Numbered from the stretch's first letter, positions 9,610 to 19,602 are shown. The stretch: 64,000 nt of DNA from Marinicella sp. (GCA_965230295.1 OZ246001.1:2336001-2400000); one strand, 5' to 3'. Notes: a model not told the origin generated them from the letters alone. Program-made: numbers and translations.

Positions 9610-10236
9610 TCAGTTGATTAAAGTGTTGATCAGGTCTTGATTGATGATTTTTTGCTTACTGGTGCTGTTGCGATCAGCCTTTACGATGGCCTTTAAGCTT
9701 TTTAAGGCTTCTTCAAAATCATCATTCACCACCAAAAAGTCTGCTTTATGGTAATGCTTCAATTCTGCGATGGCTTTGGTCATTCTGGTTTTAATCACTT
9801 CGGCTGAATCCTGACCTCTGGATTCCAAACGGTCTTGCAAAGCCTGAATGCTCGGAGGCAGTATAAAAATACTCACTGCATCGGGAAACCTGGTTTTGAT
9901 TTGTTCGGCACCTTGCCAATCAATTTCTAACACCACATCATGCCCTTCATCCAACATTTTTTGTACCGTTTCTTGTGAAGTACCATAATGGTTGCCAAAT
10001 ACATTGGCCGACTCCATAAAAACACCAGCCATATCCATCTGCTTGAATTTATCTGTGCTGATGAAATGATAGTTGTAACCATCAATCTCTTTCGGTCGTG
10101 GTTTTCTGGTGGTGTGTGAGATAGATAGTTTTAAATGGTTGGTGTCTCTAACCAACGCATTAACCAAGGAAGTCTTACCCGTTCCTGAGGGGGCTGATAC
10201 GATAAACAGGGTTCCTATGAGGTTATTTTTTGACAT
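9610..10236 (-). CDS. gmk: Guanylate kinase
   Basis: SAPSGTGKTS, SHTTRKPRPKE.DG.NYHF, YGTS, LEIDWQGA. Confidence 0.97.
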   Translation of the reverse strand: MSKNNLIGTLFIVSAPSGTGKTSLVNALVRDTNHLKLSISHTTRKPRPKEIDGYNYHFISTDKFKQMDMAGVFMESANVFGNHYGTSQETVQKMLDEGHDVVLEIDWQGAEQIKTRFPDAVSIFILPPSIQALQDRLESRGQDSAEVIKTRMTKAIAELKHYHKADFLVVNDDFEEALKSLKAIVKADRNSTSKQKIINQDLINTLIN

Positions 10237-10263
10237 AATCTTAGTTTTTCTTATTCAGTGCTG

Positions 10264-11130
10264 TTATTCAATGTTTTGGATTTGTTCGCGCATTTGTTCA
10301 ATGGTCACTTTTAAATCAATGCTGGCATTTGAAGTGGTGATGCTGGCTGATTTGGAACCAATTGTGTTTGATTCTCTGTTAAGTTCTTGAACGATGAAAT
10401 CCAGCCTGCGGCCCACAGGCTCTTTCAGTGTTAACACTCTATTAAGCTCAATCACATGGGCGTCCAAGCGATCTAATTCTTCTGTGATGTCAATTTTCTG
10501 TAATTGCATGGCCAGTTCTTGTTCAAACCTTTCTGGGTTGACTTCAACTTGTAAATCTGCCAGTTTGTCTTTTAATTTTTGTGACAAAGCAGCATTGATG
10601 GTTGGAACATATGTTCTGATTTCTTCAGTCAGGTTTTTGATGGTTTGAGCCTTTTCTTCAAGTACTGCCAACATCGCTGCGCCTTCTCTGGTTCTGGATT
10701 CGATCAATTGCTTGATGCTGTCATCCACCAACTGAATGGCTGTGGCATTGAGTTCAGATGTATCAGCAGGCTGTTGTACAATGACATCTGGCCAATTCAT
10801 GAACTGACCAGTACCCATGTTTTGTTTAAGGTCAAAATCAAAAGCAATGGAATCGGCATTGGCAACCAATTGAGCCAACAACGCTTTGTTCACACTCAGT
10901 TGGGTTAAACTAACTGATTCGTTGGGAAAGAATTTGATAAAAACAGATACTTTGCCGCGGGAAAGTTGTTTGTTGAATGATTTTCGAAACTGGTTTTCAG
11001 CTGCACGGAGAAAGTCAGGGCACTTAATGGTTAAATCTAAAAACCTTTGGTTGACTGAACGTATTTCACAAGTCAGTCTTCCTAAACTGTTTTCAACTTC
11101 GTGGGAAGCGAAGGCGGTCATTGATTGCAT
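10264..11130 (-). CDS. yicC: YicC/YloC-family endoribonuclease
   Basis: SMTAFA, EIRSVNQRFLD, DITEELDRL, GRRLDFIVQELNRESNTIGSKS, EQMREQIQNIE. Confidence 0.95.
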   Translation of the reverse strand: MQSMTAFASHEVENSLGRLTCEIRSVNQRFLDLTIKCPDFLRAAENQFRKSFNKQLSRGKVSVFIKFFPNESVSLTQLSVNKALLAQLVANADSIAFDFDLKQNMGTGQFMNWPDVIVQQPADTSELNATAIQLVDDSIKQLIESRTREGAAMLAVLEEKAQTIKNLTEEIRTYVPTINAALSQKLKDKLADLQVEVNPERFEQELAMQLQKIDITEELDRLDAHVIELNRVLTLKEPVGRRLDFIVQELNRESNTIGSKSASITTSNASIDLKVTIEQMREQIQNIE

Positions 11131-11281
11131 GGCATCATGGTACTTTTAATTGAAGGGCTATTATAATGTATTGTTCTGTGTGTAAATAAAAAAAATAAAG
11201 GTCCGTAATTTATAAACGTGACTTACGACCAGTGTACAGATGCTGTATTGCGGTTATATTGAACAAAAAAAGAGGTTAATA

Positions 11282-14200
11282 ATGAAAAACATTTGGATAC
11301 TGTTGTTACTGCTTTGTGCAACAACAGGTTTAACAGCGAGTAAGAAGGGGGAAGATGATCATCAGGGATCAAAAGATAAATTTGCTGGCATTACACTCAG
11401 AAGTATAGGTCCAGGCTTGATGTCGGGTCGGATTGCTGACATAGCCATGCACCCTGAAAATGAGAATGTTTGGTATGTTGGTGTGGGGTCTGGTGGAGTC
11501 TGGAAAACCGTCAACTCCGGCACCACATGGACGCCCATATTTGACCAGCAAAATGTCTATTCAATAGGCAGTGTAACCATAGATCCCAACAATCCTGAAC
11601 GTATCTGGGTCGGCACTGGAGAAAACATTGGTGGTAGACATGCCAGTTATGGAGATGGTTTGTACTTGAGTGAAGATGGCGGCAAATCATGGAAAAATAT
11701 GGGTTTGAAGGATTCTGAGCGGATATCTACGGTTGTCATTCATCCCAAGGATTCAAATACACTGTGGGTCGCCGTTCAAGGACCCCTGTGGTCCAAAGGT
11801 GGAGAACGCGGACTGTATAAAACTTCAGATGGCGGAAAAACCTGGAATAAACAATTGGGCGACGAAGATTGGACGGGCGTCACTGATGTGGTCATTGATC
11901 CCAGAAATCCGGACAGGCTATATGCAGCGACATGGCAGAGGCACAGGAATGTGGCGGCATATATGGGAGGTGGGCCAAATACAGCCATATATAAAACTGA
12001 CGACGGTGGAGATAATTGGCAAAAGCTCAGCTCAGGTTTGCCCAGTGAAAGCATGGGCAAAATTGGTTTGGCCATATCACCGATTAAACCGGATGTGGTT
12101 TATGCAGCTATAGAGTTAAAAAGGAGAACGGGTGGGATCTATAAGTCCACCAATCAAGGCGCTTCCTGGACCAAACAATCCGATGCCGTTGCTGGTGGAA
12201 CGGGACCTCATTACTACCAGGAATTGTATGCTTCACCCCATGTGTTTGACCGGCTTTACCTGATGAGTAACCGCATGATTATTTCTGATGATGGGGGCAA
12301 GACATACCGCACAATGAACGAGAAAAATAAACATGTGGACAACCATGCTATCGCTTTTAAGGCCAGTGATCCTAATTATGTTTTGATTGGTACAGATGGT
12401 GGTTTGTACGAAACATTTGACCGGACCAAAACATGGAAATTTGTAGCCAACTTACCAGTTACGCAATTTTATAAAGTTGCAGTCGATGATGCAGAGCCGT
12501 TTTATCATGTTTATGGTGGCACCCAGGACAACAACACGCAAGGAGGTCCATCCAGAACAGATAACCGCCAGGGCATTCGAAATTCAGACTGGTATGTGGT
12601 GTTGTTTGGTGATGGTCATCAGCCTGCCACAGAGCCAGGCAACCCGGATATTGTGTATGCAGAATGGCAACAAGGCAATTTAGTCAGACACGATAAAACC
12701 ACAGGTGAAATCGTTTACATCCAACCTCAGCCTGAGGCAGGTGAGCCAGCAGAAAGGTTTAACTGGGATGCACCCATTTTGGTATCACCCCACAACCCCA
12801 CAACCTTATATTTCGCCTCACAAAGGGTATGGCGATCTGATGACCGCGGTGACAGTTGGCGCGCGATCTCGGGTGACCTGACCAAAAACCAAGAGCGTAT
12901 AGAATTACCCATTATGGGGTCTCAACAAGGTTGGGATATGCCATGGGATGTGCTGGCCATGAGTAATTACAACACCATCACCTCCATTTCAGAATCGCCA
13001 CAGCAAGCTGGCCTGATCTATATTGGAACAGATGATGGTTTGGTTCAGGTAACTCAAGATGGCGGTGAGAATTGGCGCCAGATTGAAGTGGGCGATATGC
13101 CAGGTGTTCCTGCAACGGCTTTTGTCAATGACATCAAAGCCGACTTACATGATGTCAATACGGTGTACATTGCATTAGACAACCACAAATATGGTGACTT
13201 TTCTCCCTATTTGTTGAAAAGTAATAATCAAGGTAAAAGTTGGAAAAAGATGAGCACTGGCATCCCTGAAAAACATTTGGTTTGGCGTTTGGTTCAAGAC
13301 CATGTTGATCCAGAGTTGATGTTTGTTGGGACTGAATTTGGCTTGTTTTTCTCCTATGATGGTGGTGATAAGTGGCAAGAGTTAACGGGTGGTTTGCCGA
13401 CCATATCAATCAGAGATTTGGCCATACAAAAAAGAGAAAACGATTTGGTGGCGGCAACCTTTGGACGGGGTTTTTATATTTTGGATGATTACAGCTTATT
13501 GCGTAACCTGGATCAGGAAGCTTTATCAAACAATAAGCTGTTTCCGGTAAAAGATGCCTGGTGGTATATTCCCAGAATGGTTTTAGGCACCAATCCCAAG
13601 GCCTCACAGGGTGATGCATTTTTTAACACTGAAAACCCCCCCTATGGTGCCGTGTTTAATTATTACCTCAAAGATGGTTTGAAAACCAAAGCGGCACAAC
13701 GGCAAAAAGCAGAAAAAGAAATGGTCAAACAAAAGAAAGCCATCAAGTTTCCTGGTTGGGATGCTGTCGATGCTGAACGCACAGCGAAAAAACCCAAGGT
13801 TTGGTTAACTGTTAAAAATAACCGGGGTCAAGTGGTCAGAAGGGTGGCCGGAACCACCAAAAAAGGCTTCAATCAAGTGGCCTGGAGTTTACGATATCCA
13901 GCCTTTGGTGTGGCCGGTGAAGGCGGTGGATTTTTCAGTGATGAACCTGAAGGTATGCTGGTTGCTCCAGGGCAATACAACGTTTCCTTGAGTCAAGAGG
14001 TAGATGGTGTGGTAACCGAGTTAAGTACACCTCAAACGTTCAACGTAAAACCACTTCGACAGGGTGCGCTTAAAGGTGCTTCTTATGAAGATGTCGCCGA
14101 TTTTTGGCAACAACTATCAGCAGTTCAGCATGAAGTTGCGGTTTCAAACAAGAAATTGTCTGAAGCGATTAAACGCACTGAGCTGATTGAAAAGGCGCTG

Positions 14201-14530
14201 AAAAACAGTTTGGCTGAACATGGCGAGTTGGACGCCACATTGCACCAAATCATCACTGACCTCCATACACTGGATGCCAACATGAATGGTAACCGCTCCA
14301 AACGACAAATTGGTGAAAAAACCAAAGTGACCATTGGTTCACGTTTAGGGGCTGCTGGTATAGGTACAGGTTTGTCTACATATGGGCCTACACCGACTCA
14401 CATCAAAACCTTATCCATTGCCAAGGCTGAACACGATGCTTTGAAGCCTCAAATTGAAGACATCACAGATAAGCGCATTCCAGCTTTGGAAAAACAATTG
14501 GAAGCCATTGGCGCGCCTTATATTCACTGA
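11282..14530 (+). CDS. Exported VPS10/BNR (Asp-box) beta-propeller protein, putative glycosyl hydrolase
   Basis: Signal peptide after a GAGG SD (start 11282; ORF opens at 11240); about 11 Asp-box repeats (e.g. SEDGGKSW, TSDGGKTW); GGTQDN; helical C-terminus. Confidence 0.85.
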   Translation: MKNIWILLLLLCATTGLTASKKGEDDHQGSKDKFAGITLRSIGPGLMSGRIADIAMHPENENVWYVGVGSGGVWKTVNSGTTWTPIFDQQNVYSIGSVTIDPNNPERIWVGTGENIGGRHASYGDGLYLSEDGGKSWKNMGLKDSERISTVVIHPKDSNTLWVAVQGPLWSKGGERGLYKTSDGGKTWNKQLGDEDWTGVTDVVIDPRNPDRLYAATWQRHRNVAAYMGGGPNTAIYKTDDGGDNWQKLSSGLPSESMGKIGLAISPIKPDVVYAAIELKRRTGGIYKSTNQGASWTKQSDAVAGGTGPHYYQELYASPHVFDRLYLMSNRMIISDDGGKTYRTMNEKNKHVDNHAIAFKASDPNYVLIGTDGGLYETFDRTKTWKFVANLPVTQFYKVAVDDAEPFYHVYGGTQDNNTQGGPSRTDNRQGIRNSDWYVVLFGDGHQPATEPGNPDIVYAEWQQGNLVRHDKTTGEIVYIQPQPEAGEPAERFNWDAPILVSPHNPTTLYFASQRVWRSDDRGDSWRAISGDLTKNQERIELPIMGSQQGWDMPWDVLAMSNYNTITSISESPQQAGLIYIGTDDGLVQVTQDGGENWRQIEVGDMPGVPATAFVNDIKADLHDVNTVYIALDNHKYGDFSPYLLKSNNQGKSWKKMSTGIPEKHLVWRLVQDHVDPELMFVGTEFGLFFSYDGGDKWQELTGGLPTISIRDLAIQKRENDLVAATFGRGFYILDDYSLLRNLDQEALSNNKLFPVKDAWWYIPRMVLGTNPKASQGDAFFNTENPPYGAVFNYYLKDGLKTKAAQRQKAEKEMVKQKKAIKFPGWDAVDAERTAKKPKVWLTVKNNRGQVVRRVAGTTKKGFNQVAWSLRYPAFGVAGEGGGFFSDEPEGMLVAPGQYNVSLSQEVDGVVTELSTPQTFNVKPLRQGALKGASYEDVADFWQQLSAVQHEVAVSNKKLSEAIKRTELIEKALKNSLAEHGELDATLHQIITDLHTLDANMNGNRSKRQIGEKTKVTIGSRLGAAGIGTGLSTYGPTPTHIKTLSIAKAEHDALKPQIEDITDKRIPALEKQLEAIGAPYIH

Positions 14531-14538
14531 TAACCATC

Positions 14539-14574
14539 AATTCATGAGTCGGTGTACGTACCGACTCATGAATT
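14539..14574. terminator. 15-bp perfect hairpin between convergent genes
   Basis: AATTCATGAGTCGGT-GTACGT-ACCGACTCATGAATT; the right arm overlaps the last codons of the minus-strand gene. Confidence 0.65.
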
Positions 14575-15429
14575 AATCAGATCGGCCCATTGTTTATTAT
14601 TTTCTTTAAAGCTGTTAATTTGACCAGTTGATAATTCAGAGTCAATCAAACTTTGGCACCTATTTCTGGCCCAGCTAAACAGTTTGGTATCGGCTGGGTT
14701 CATCTCAGTCATCAATGCAATTTCCTGTTCCTTGAGCTCACCACGTTTGATGAATGGCTTTGAAACATTGCTCCTTTGATAGAAAATATCTGTTAAGTGC
14801 AGTCGGTCTTTTAGTAACAACAATCCCTCGTCAAACAAACAAGTGGTTAACACCAGTGAAAAGCAGGTTTCGAGGGTGTTCTTGGCCACGTTGTATAAAT
14901 CATCATCACTGGTTTGACCGTGGTGTAAATAGCCGCTGAAACGCTTGCATTGGCCATTGGACAATTCCGGTGTGGGAGAAGCCTTAAGGAATTCCGACAA
15001 GGATTTGTTTTTCACCTTTTGGTGCATTGGGTGGTCCGATTTTCCCATCACATAATTGAAGTAAGACAGAATCCGGTCAATGGGGTCTCTGAGTAGGGTG
15101 AAATGAAATGTGGCTTGTTCAGGAAGCAGCTGGTATAGCAAGCCATGCATGGGATGATGACCGCAGATCAGTCGAGGGTAATTTTTCTTGAGTTCGAGTA
15201 ATTTTGGTTGTTGGACCAGGTCAGGCGCATTGACATGTAAGACAGCGGCTGCCTTGTAGTTTTTAAACAGTATGGATTCTAGACTGGTGCCGCCGGTCTT
15301 GGGTACATGAGAAAAGCACACAGTGTACGGGCCTGTGGCATAGGTATTTGATACTAAATTGTTTTTTAAAATGTGTTTGTTGGCATCAAAGTTTTCAATA
15401 TCTGATTTCAAGAACCAATTGTGCTGCAT
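14566..15429 (-). CDS. Sulfotransferase (family 2-like domain)
   Basis: 5'-PAPS-binding motif HVPKTGGTS and 3'-phosphate motif LLRDPIDRILSYF. Confidence 0.85.
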   Translation of the reverse strand: MQHNWFLKSDIENFDANKHILKNNLVSNTYATGPYTVCFSHVPKTGGTSLESILFKNYKAAAVLHVNAPDLVQQPKLLELKKNYPRLICGHHPMHGLLYQLLPEQATFHFTLLRDPIDRILSYFNYVMGKSDHPMHQKVKNKSLSEFLKASPTPELSNGQCKRFSGYLHHGQTSDDDLYNVAKNTLETCFSLVLTTCLFDEGLLLLKDRLHLTDIFYQRSNVSKPFIKRGELKEQEIALMTEMNPADTKLFSWARNRCQSLIDSELSTGQINSFKENNKQWADLINS

Positions 15430-15546
15430 TTTTTGTTATACTAATCATTCGTGAACAAGTTTGAAAGTGTATCACATCAGCTGTAATGCCATTTACTTGG
15501 TTGATCGGTGACAATTTATGTCAATTTGGAAAGCTGGTCTTTTCAA

Positions 15547-15577
15547 TTGTAAACTTTAAGGAGGAAAAAGTTTACAA
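15547..15577. promoter_or_regulatory. 11-bp inverted repeat (candidate operator) upstream of pilA
   Basis: TTGTAAACTTT-N9-AAAGTTTACAA in the divergent intergenic region. Confidence 0.45.
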
Positions 15578-15710
15578 ATGACTGATAATTGCGGTTTGAA
15601 CTAAAAATTAGGAATTCAGTTCTTGTCGTTATCGAATGAATCCAATAACCTATGCGTATGGATGAAATTTGAGTAACCATTTTAACGAAATTTTTTAGAG
15701 GTAAATAGTA

Positions 15711-16136
15711 ATGAAAAGAAATCAACAAGGTTTTACATTAATTGAATTAATGATCGTAATCGCAATTATCGCGATCCTGATGTCGTATGCGATTCCTGCA
15801 TATCGTGACTACACTGTAAGAGCAAAAGCTGGTGAAGGTATTTCTCTGGCTGCTGGTGCAAAACAATCTGTATCAGAAACTTATATCAGTGAAGGTGCGT
15901 TGCCAGCTTCTAACGCTTCTGCTGGTTTAGCAGCTCCAGGTTCTATCACTGGTGAAAATGTAGCTTCTGTTACTGTTGGTGGTAGTGGTGTGATTACTGT
16001 TGCATTTAACACAGCTGACACTAACTTAAGTGGTCAAACTGTTCTGTTAACTCCAGACGTAACTTCTGGTGGTAGTGTTGAGTGGCGTTGTTCTTCAGCT
16101 CTGGCAGATCGTTTCTTACCAGCTGATTGCAGATAA
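15711..16136 (+). CDS. pilA: Type IVa major pilin
   Basis: Prepilin site [25 protein letters not shown]-terminal Cys pair; GAGG SD, high-expression-like codons and its own terminator. Confidence 0.95.
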   Translation: MKRNQQGFTLIELMIVIAIIAILMSYAIPAYRDYTVRAKAGEGISLAAGAKQSVSETYISEGALPASNASAGLAAPGSITGENVASVTVGGSGVITVAFNTADTNLSGQTVLLTPDVTSGGSVEWRCSSALADRFLPADCR

Positions 16137-16156
16137 AGAATCAATATTAAGGTTCT

Positions 16157-16187
16157 AAAAGGCGCGATTTTCGCGCCTTTTTTTTTT
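16157..16187 (+). terminator. Intrinsic terminator of pilA
   Basis: AAAAGGCGCGA-TTT-TCGCGCC followed by a T10 tract. Confidence 0.9.
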
Positions 16188-16208
16188 ATTCATAAAAATG
16201 GTTAATTA

Positions 16209-18149
16209 ATGATTCATTCAAAAAGAGTTCAGATTTCACTGGTTGCCTTGCTGATTATTATGACTGGTATTATCTATATGCCAGGGTTGAAAGGAGGTTA
16301 TGTATTTGACGATTTACATAGCCTGTCAAAGTTATCCATTATCAATGAAGATTTGAGTTTTGAGAAAATTTTTGACTACATTGGAGCGTCTAAAACGGGC
16401 CCTTTGAAAAGACCAGTCTCGGTGATGAGCTTTTTAATTGATGGACAAAAATGGCCTACATTTGCCTTCCCGTTCAAAAGAACCAACCTGGTTATTCATT
16501 TGATCAATGGTCTGTTGTTGTTTCTTATTGTTTTTTCAGTTTTCAAAGCCAAACTGCAATACCGGCAAAGTGCATTCTATATTTCATTATTTGCCAGTGC
16601 TTGTTGGATTCTTCACCCATTTATGGTCTCGACCACCCTGTATATTGTACAGAGGATGGCCATGTTGCCGGCGATGTTCTCGTTGTTGGGCATGTTGTTG
16701 TATGTCAGAGGCCGTTTAAATTGGCACCAAGACATCCACAGAAAAGCACAGGTACAAATGTTTTCAGCTGTGCTATTAATGGTGCCACTGGCGGTTTTGA
16801 GTAAAGAAAATGGTATTTTATTGATTTTTCATATTGCCATACTTGAGAAAATTATTTGCGCCAATTGGCTGCAGTTAAAGCCACTGAACAATCACCAGAA
16901 ATGGATGTTGATTCGCTTGCCTGTTTTGGCGTTGGTTTCGATGTTAATCCTTAAATTTCCTGGTTTCTTAAAAGGCTACGAAGTCAGAGAATTCACCCTG
17001 TTAGAAAGACTCATGAGTGAGACTCGTGCCATCTTTAAATACTTATATCATTTGTGGGTGCCTAGCTATTTCACCGAAGGTGTCTTCACCGATGGATTCA
17101 AGAAATCAACTTCATTGTTTCAGCCCATATCAACGTTGTATTCATTGGCGGGATTGTTGATCTTGGCAGTCACTGTGTTTCTATTGAGAAAGCGTTTTAT
17201 TTGGTTGTGGTTTGCCGCTGTTTTCTTTGCGATTGCACATATACTGGAATCATCATTTGTACCATTGGAGTTGTATTATGAGCACAGGAATTACTTGGCT
17301 TCTTTGTTTATGTTTGTACCATTGAGCTTATTGATTCATTGGGCTACACAACAATCAAAAGTATTTCTTGTTGTACCTTTTTTGATCATCGCCACATTGG
17401 TATTTCAAACTGTACTCAGGGTTGATATTTGGAGCGATAATCTGCGTATGCATTATTTGACCATGCAGAAATATCCTGAGTCTATCAGAGCAAGAACATT
17501 GACTGCTTCATACTTGGATAACCTTGATCGTCAGGAAGAAGCGTTGGACATCATCGCTGAAGGTGTGCAATTACACGAGAATCTGGAATTGAGGTTTAAT
17601 CAAGCATCGCTGAAGTGCAACTTGAAAATTCTGAACATGCAAGACATCAATCAATTGGTTAATGATATCAAGCGAATAGATTTCACCAAAGATGATGTGC
17701 GCCCATTGGGCAATTTAATGGCTAAATTATTGATCAAAGACTGTATGGATGACAATGCGATCGTTGCAGCTGATCATATGCTGCAAGCATTGAAAGTCAA
17801 TAAAAACGTAATAGATGGCTATGGTGAAGAGTTGATACTGTATTTGGAAGGTACTATTTTAATCGAGCAGCACCAATTTGAACGGGCTGCAACGGCGATA
17901 AAGAATTCTTTTGCTGTTACCAGTAATGACTATATTTCCATCAACAATGCTGTGATAAAATTTATTTCAAAGAGGCAAACAGACATTGCAGATCAATTAT
18001 TAAGCATTGCTGAAAATCGATACGCAAAAGAATATGAATACAAAGTTGACTGGTCGAAGTTTGGTGAAAAACTCAGAAGCACCAGGGTTGTCATTGATCA
18101 AATTAAAAAACAAAATGAAGCTATCAATAATCATTCCGGCGAAAAATGA
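16209..18149 (+). CDS. GT-C fold membrane glycosyltransferase (TMTC/TfpW-like) with helical/TPR-like C-terminus; probable pilin glycosyltransferase
   Basis: Multiple TMs; YVFDD acidic motif after TM1, RPVS, NLVIHLING, HP...YIVQRM, SKENG, YEHRNYL; directly downstream of pilA. Confidence 0.75.
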   Translation: MIHSKRVQISLVALLIIMTGIIYMPGLKGGYVFDDLHSLSKLSIINEDLSFEKIFDYIGASKTGPLKRPVSVMSFLIDGQKWPTFAFPFKRTNLVIHLINGLLLFLIVFSVFKAKLQYRQSAFYISLFASACWILHPFMVSTTLYIVQRMAMLPAMFSLLGMLLYVRGRLNWHQDIHRKAQVQMFSAVLLMVPLAVLSKENGILLIFHIAILEKIICANWLQLKPLNNHQKWMLIRLPVLALVSMLILKFPGFLKGYEVREFTLLERLMSETRAIFKYLYHLWVPSYFTEGVFTDGFKKSTSLFQPISTLYSLAGLLILAVTVFLLRKRFIWLWFAAVFFAIAHILESSFVPLELYYEHRNYLASLFMFVPLSLLIHWATQQSKVFLVVPFLIIATLVFQTVLRVDIWSDNLRMHYLTMQKYPESIRARTLTASYLDNLDRQEEALDIIAEGVQLHENLELRFNQASLKCNLKILNMQDINQLVNDIKRIDFTKDDVRPLGNLMAKLLIKDCMDDNAIVAADHMLQALKVNKNVIDGYGEELILYLEGTILIEQHQFERAATAIKNSFAVTSNDYISINNAVIKFISKRQTDIADQLLSIAENRYAKEYEYKVDWSKFGEKLRSTRVVIDQIKKQNEAINNHSGEK

Positions 18150-18975
18150 AGCAAAAAGCTTGGTAACCTTGCTACCAAAGTTAAAAGAGTTACATGATGA
18201 CGCACAAATCATTGTTGTCAATGATGGCTCAACCGATGACACCAACAGTGTATGCGACTCACTGGGAGTAGAGGTTGTAGAGCACCCTTATAGCAAAGGC
18301 AATGGTGCAGCAATCAAATCGGGAGCCCGTGCATCGACCGGAGAAGTGCTTGTTTTTATGGATGGTGACGGGCAACATCGACCTGAAGACATTGCATCAT
18401 TGTTAGAAAAATACAACCAAGATTATGACATGGTGGTTGGGGCGCGAAATAAAAAGTCACAAGCATCGCTCGCACGGTTGTTTGGTAATGGGGTATATAA
18501 CAGAATTGCCAGTTACATGACTGGTCACAAAATCGATGATTTAACTTCAGGTTTTAGGGTGGTTAATGCTGAAAAGTTTAAGCAGTTTTTGTATATGTTA
18601 CCAAATGGATTTTCTTATCCAACAACTTGCACCATGGCCTTTTTCAGGGCTGGATTCTCGGTGGGATATTTACCCATTTTCGCCCCAGAAAGAATCGGCA
18701 AAAGCCACATCAATTTATTCAAAGATGGTGCTCGCTTTTTCCTGATTATTTTTAAAATTGGTACCTTGTATTCACCCATGAAATTGTTTTTTCCTGCCAG
18801 CGCTGTCTTTTTTCTGACAGGCCTGATGTATTACTTATACACTTATTTGACCGATGGTCGATTCACTAATATGGGTGTTTTATTGTTTTCAACATCCATC
18901 CTTATTTTTTTACTTGGATTGGTGTCTGAACAAATAACCACCTTGTTTTATCAAACCAAACCCAAAGACGAATGA
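18115..18975 (+). CDS. GT2 DPM1/GtrB-like polyprenyl-phosphate glycosyltransferase
   Basis: SIIIPAKNE, VVNDGSTD, KGNGAA, MDGDGQH, DLTSGFR; two C-terminal TMs; start MKLSII at 18115 overlaps the GT-C gene. Confidence 0.88.
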   Translation: MKLSIIIPAKNEAKSLVTLLPKLKELHDDAQIIVVNDGSTDDTNSVCDSLGVEVVEHPYSKGNGAAIKSGARASTGEVLVFMDGDGQHRPEDIASLLEKYNQDYDMVVGARNKKSQASLARLFGNGVYNRIASYMTGHKIDDLTSGFRVVNAEKFKQFLYMLPNGFSYPTTCTMAFFRAGFSVGYLPIFAPERIGKSHINLFKDGARFFLIIFKIGTLYSPMKLFFPASAVFFLTGLMYYLYTYLTDGRFTNMGVLLFSTSILIFLLGLVSEQITTLFYQTKPKDE

Positions 18976-18984
18976 CTGAATAAA

Positions 18985-19020
18985 TGTCAAATTTTGTTAA
19001 ATAATTGTCAATATGTGTCA
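18985..19020 (+). promoter_or_regulatory. Four phased TGT(C/T)A direct repeats upstream of the second pilin
   Basis: TGTCA 18985, TGTTA 18995, TGTCA 19006, TGTCA 19016 (10-11 bp spacing). Confidence 0.45.
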
Positions 19021-19152
19021 TTATTGGCCTAATTGGTTCTGAAATCTCCTAAATTCACTTGATTTTTTAAGATTTGTTTCTTGATCTTGAGGACATTGTT
19101 TACATGTCTGATCTTTCTGTTGACAATGGTATTTTAGACAATAAACAGTATT

Positions 19153-19602
19153 ATGACGATTTCTAAGAATTCCAAAGGCTTCACATTGATTGAGTTGATG
19201 ATCGTTATAGCAATTATTGCGATTCTTATGGCTTATGCCATTCCTGCTTATCGAGATTACACCGTTCGAGCGAAAGCCGGTGAAGGGCTAAGCATATCAT
19301 CAGGCGTTAAGACATTTATTTCAGAAAACTGGGTGGCTTCAGCAGACATCACCACTTTCAACAGTGGAACAAATGGGGTGCCTGTTGCCAACACCATAAC
19401 GGGGAAAAATGTCAGTCAAGTCGCGGTTAATGCTGGCGTCATTGTGGTTTCTTTCTTCAATGACCCAACTTTGGCCGGAAATACTTTGACATTAGAGCCA
19501 CTATTACCTGGTTCAGCTGGTAACAATGGCAACAGTTTGAGGTGGCGTTGTACTTCTTCATTGGCTAACAGGTTTCTGCCGCCTGAATGCAGAACCCCAT
19601 AA
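19153..19602 (+). CDS. Second type IVa pilin (PilA paralog)
   Basis: [39 protein letters not shown]; C-terminal WRC...EC Cys pair. Confidence 0.93.
   Translation: MTISKNSKGFTLIELMIVIAIIAILMAYAIPAYRDYTVRAKAGEGLSISSGVKTFISENWVASADITTFNSGTNGVPVANTITGKNVSQVAVNAGVIVVSFFNDPTLAGNTLTLEPLLPGSAGNNGNSLRWRCTSSLANRFLPPECRTP

Noticed and set aside
15711-19602. Pilin antigenic variation by gene conversion or inversion
   Set aside because: Both genes are full length and co-oriented, shared regions differ at many synonymous sites, and no invertase or recombination sites were seen.
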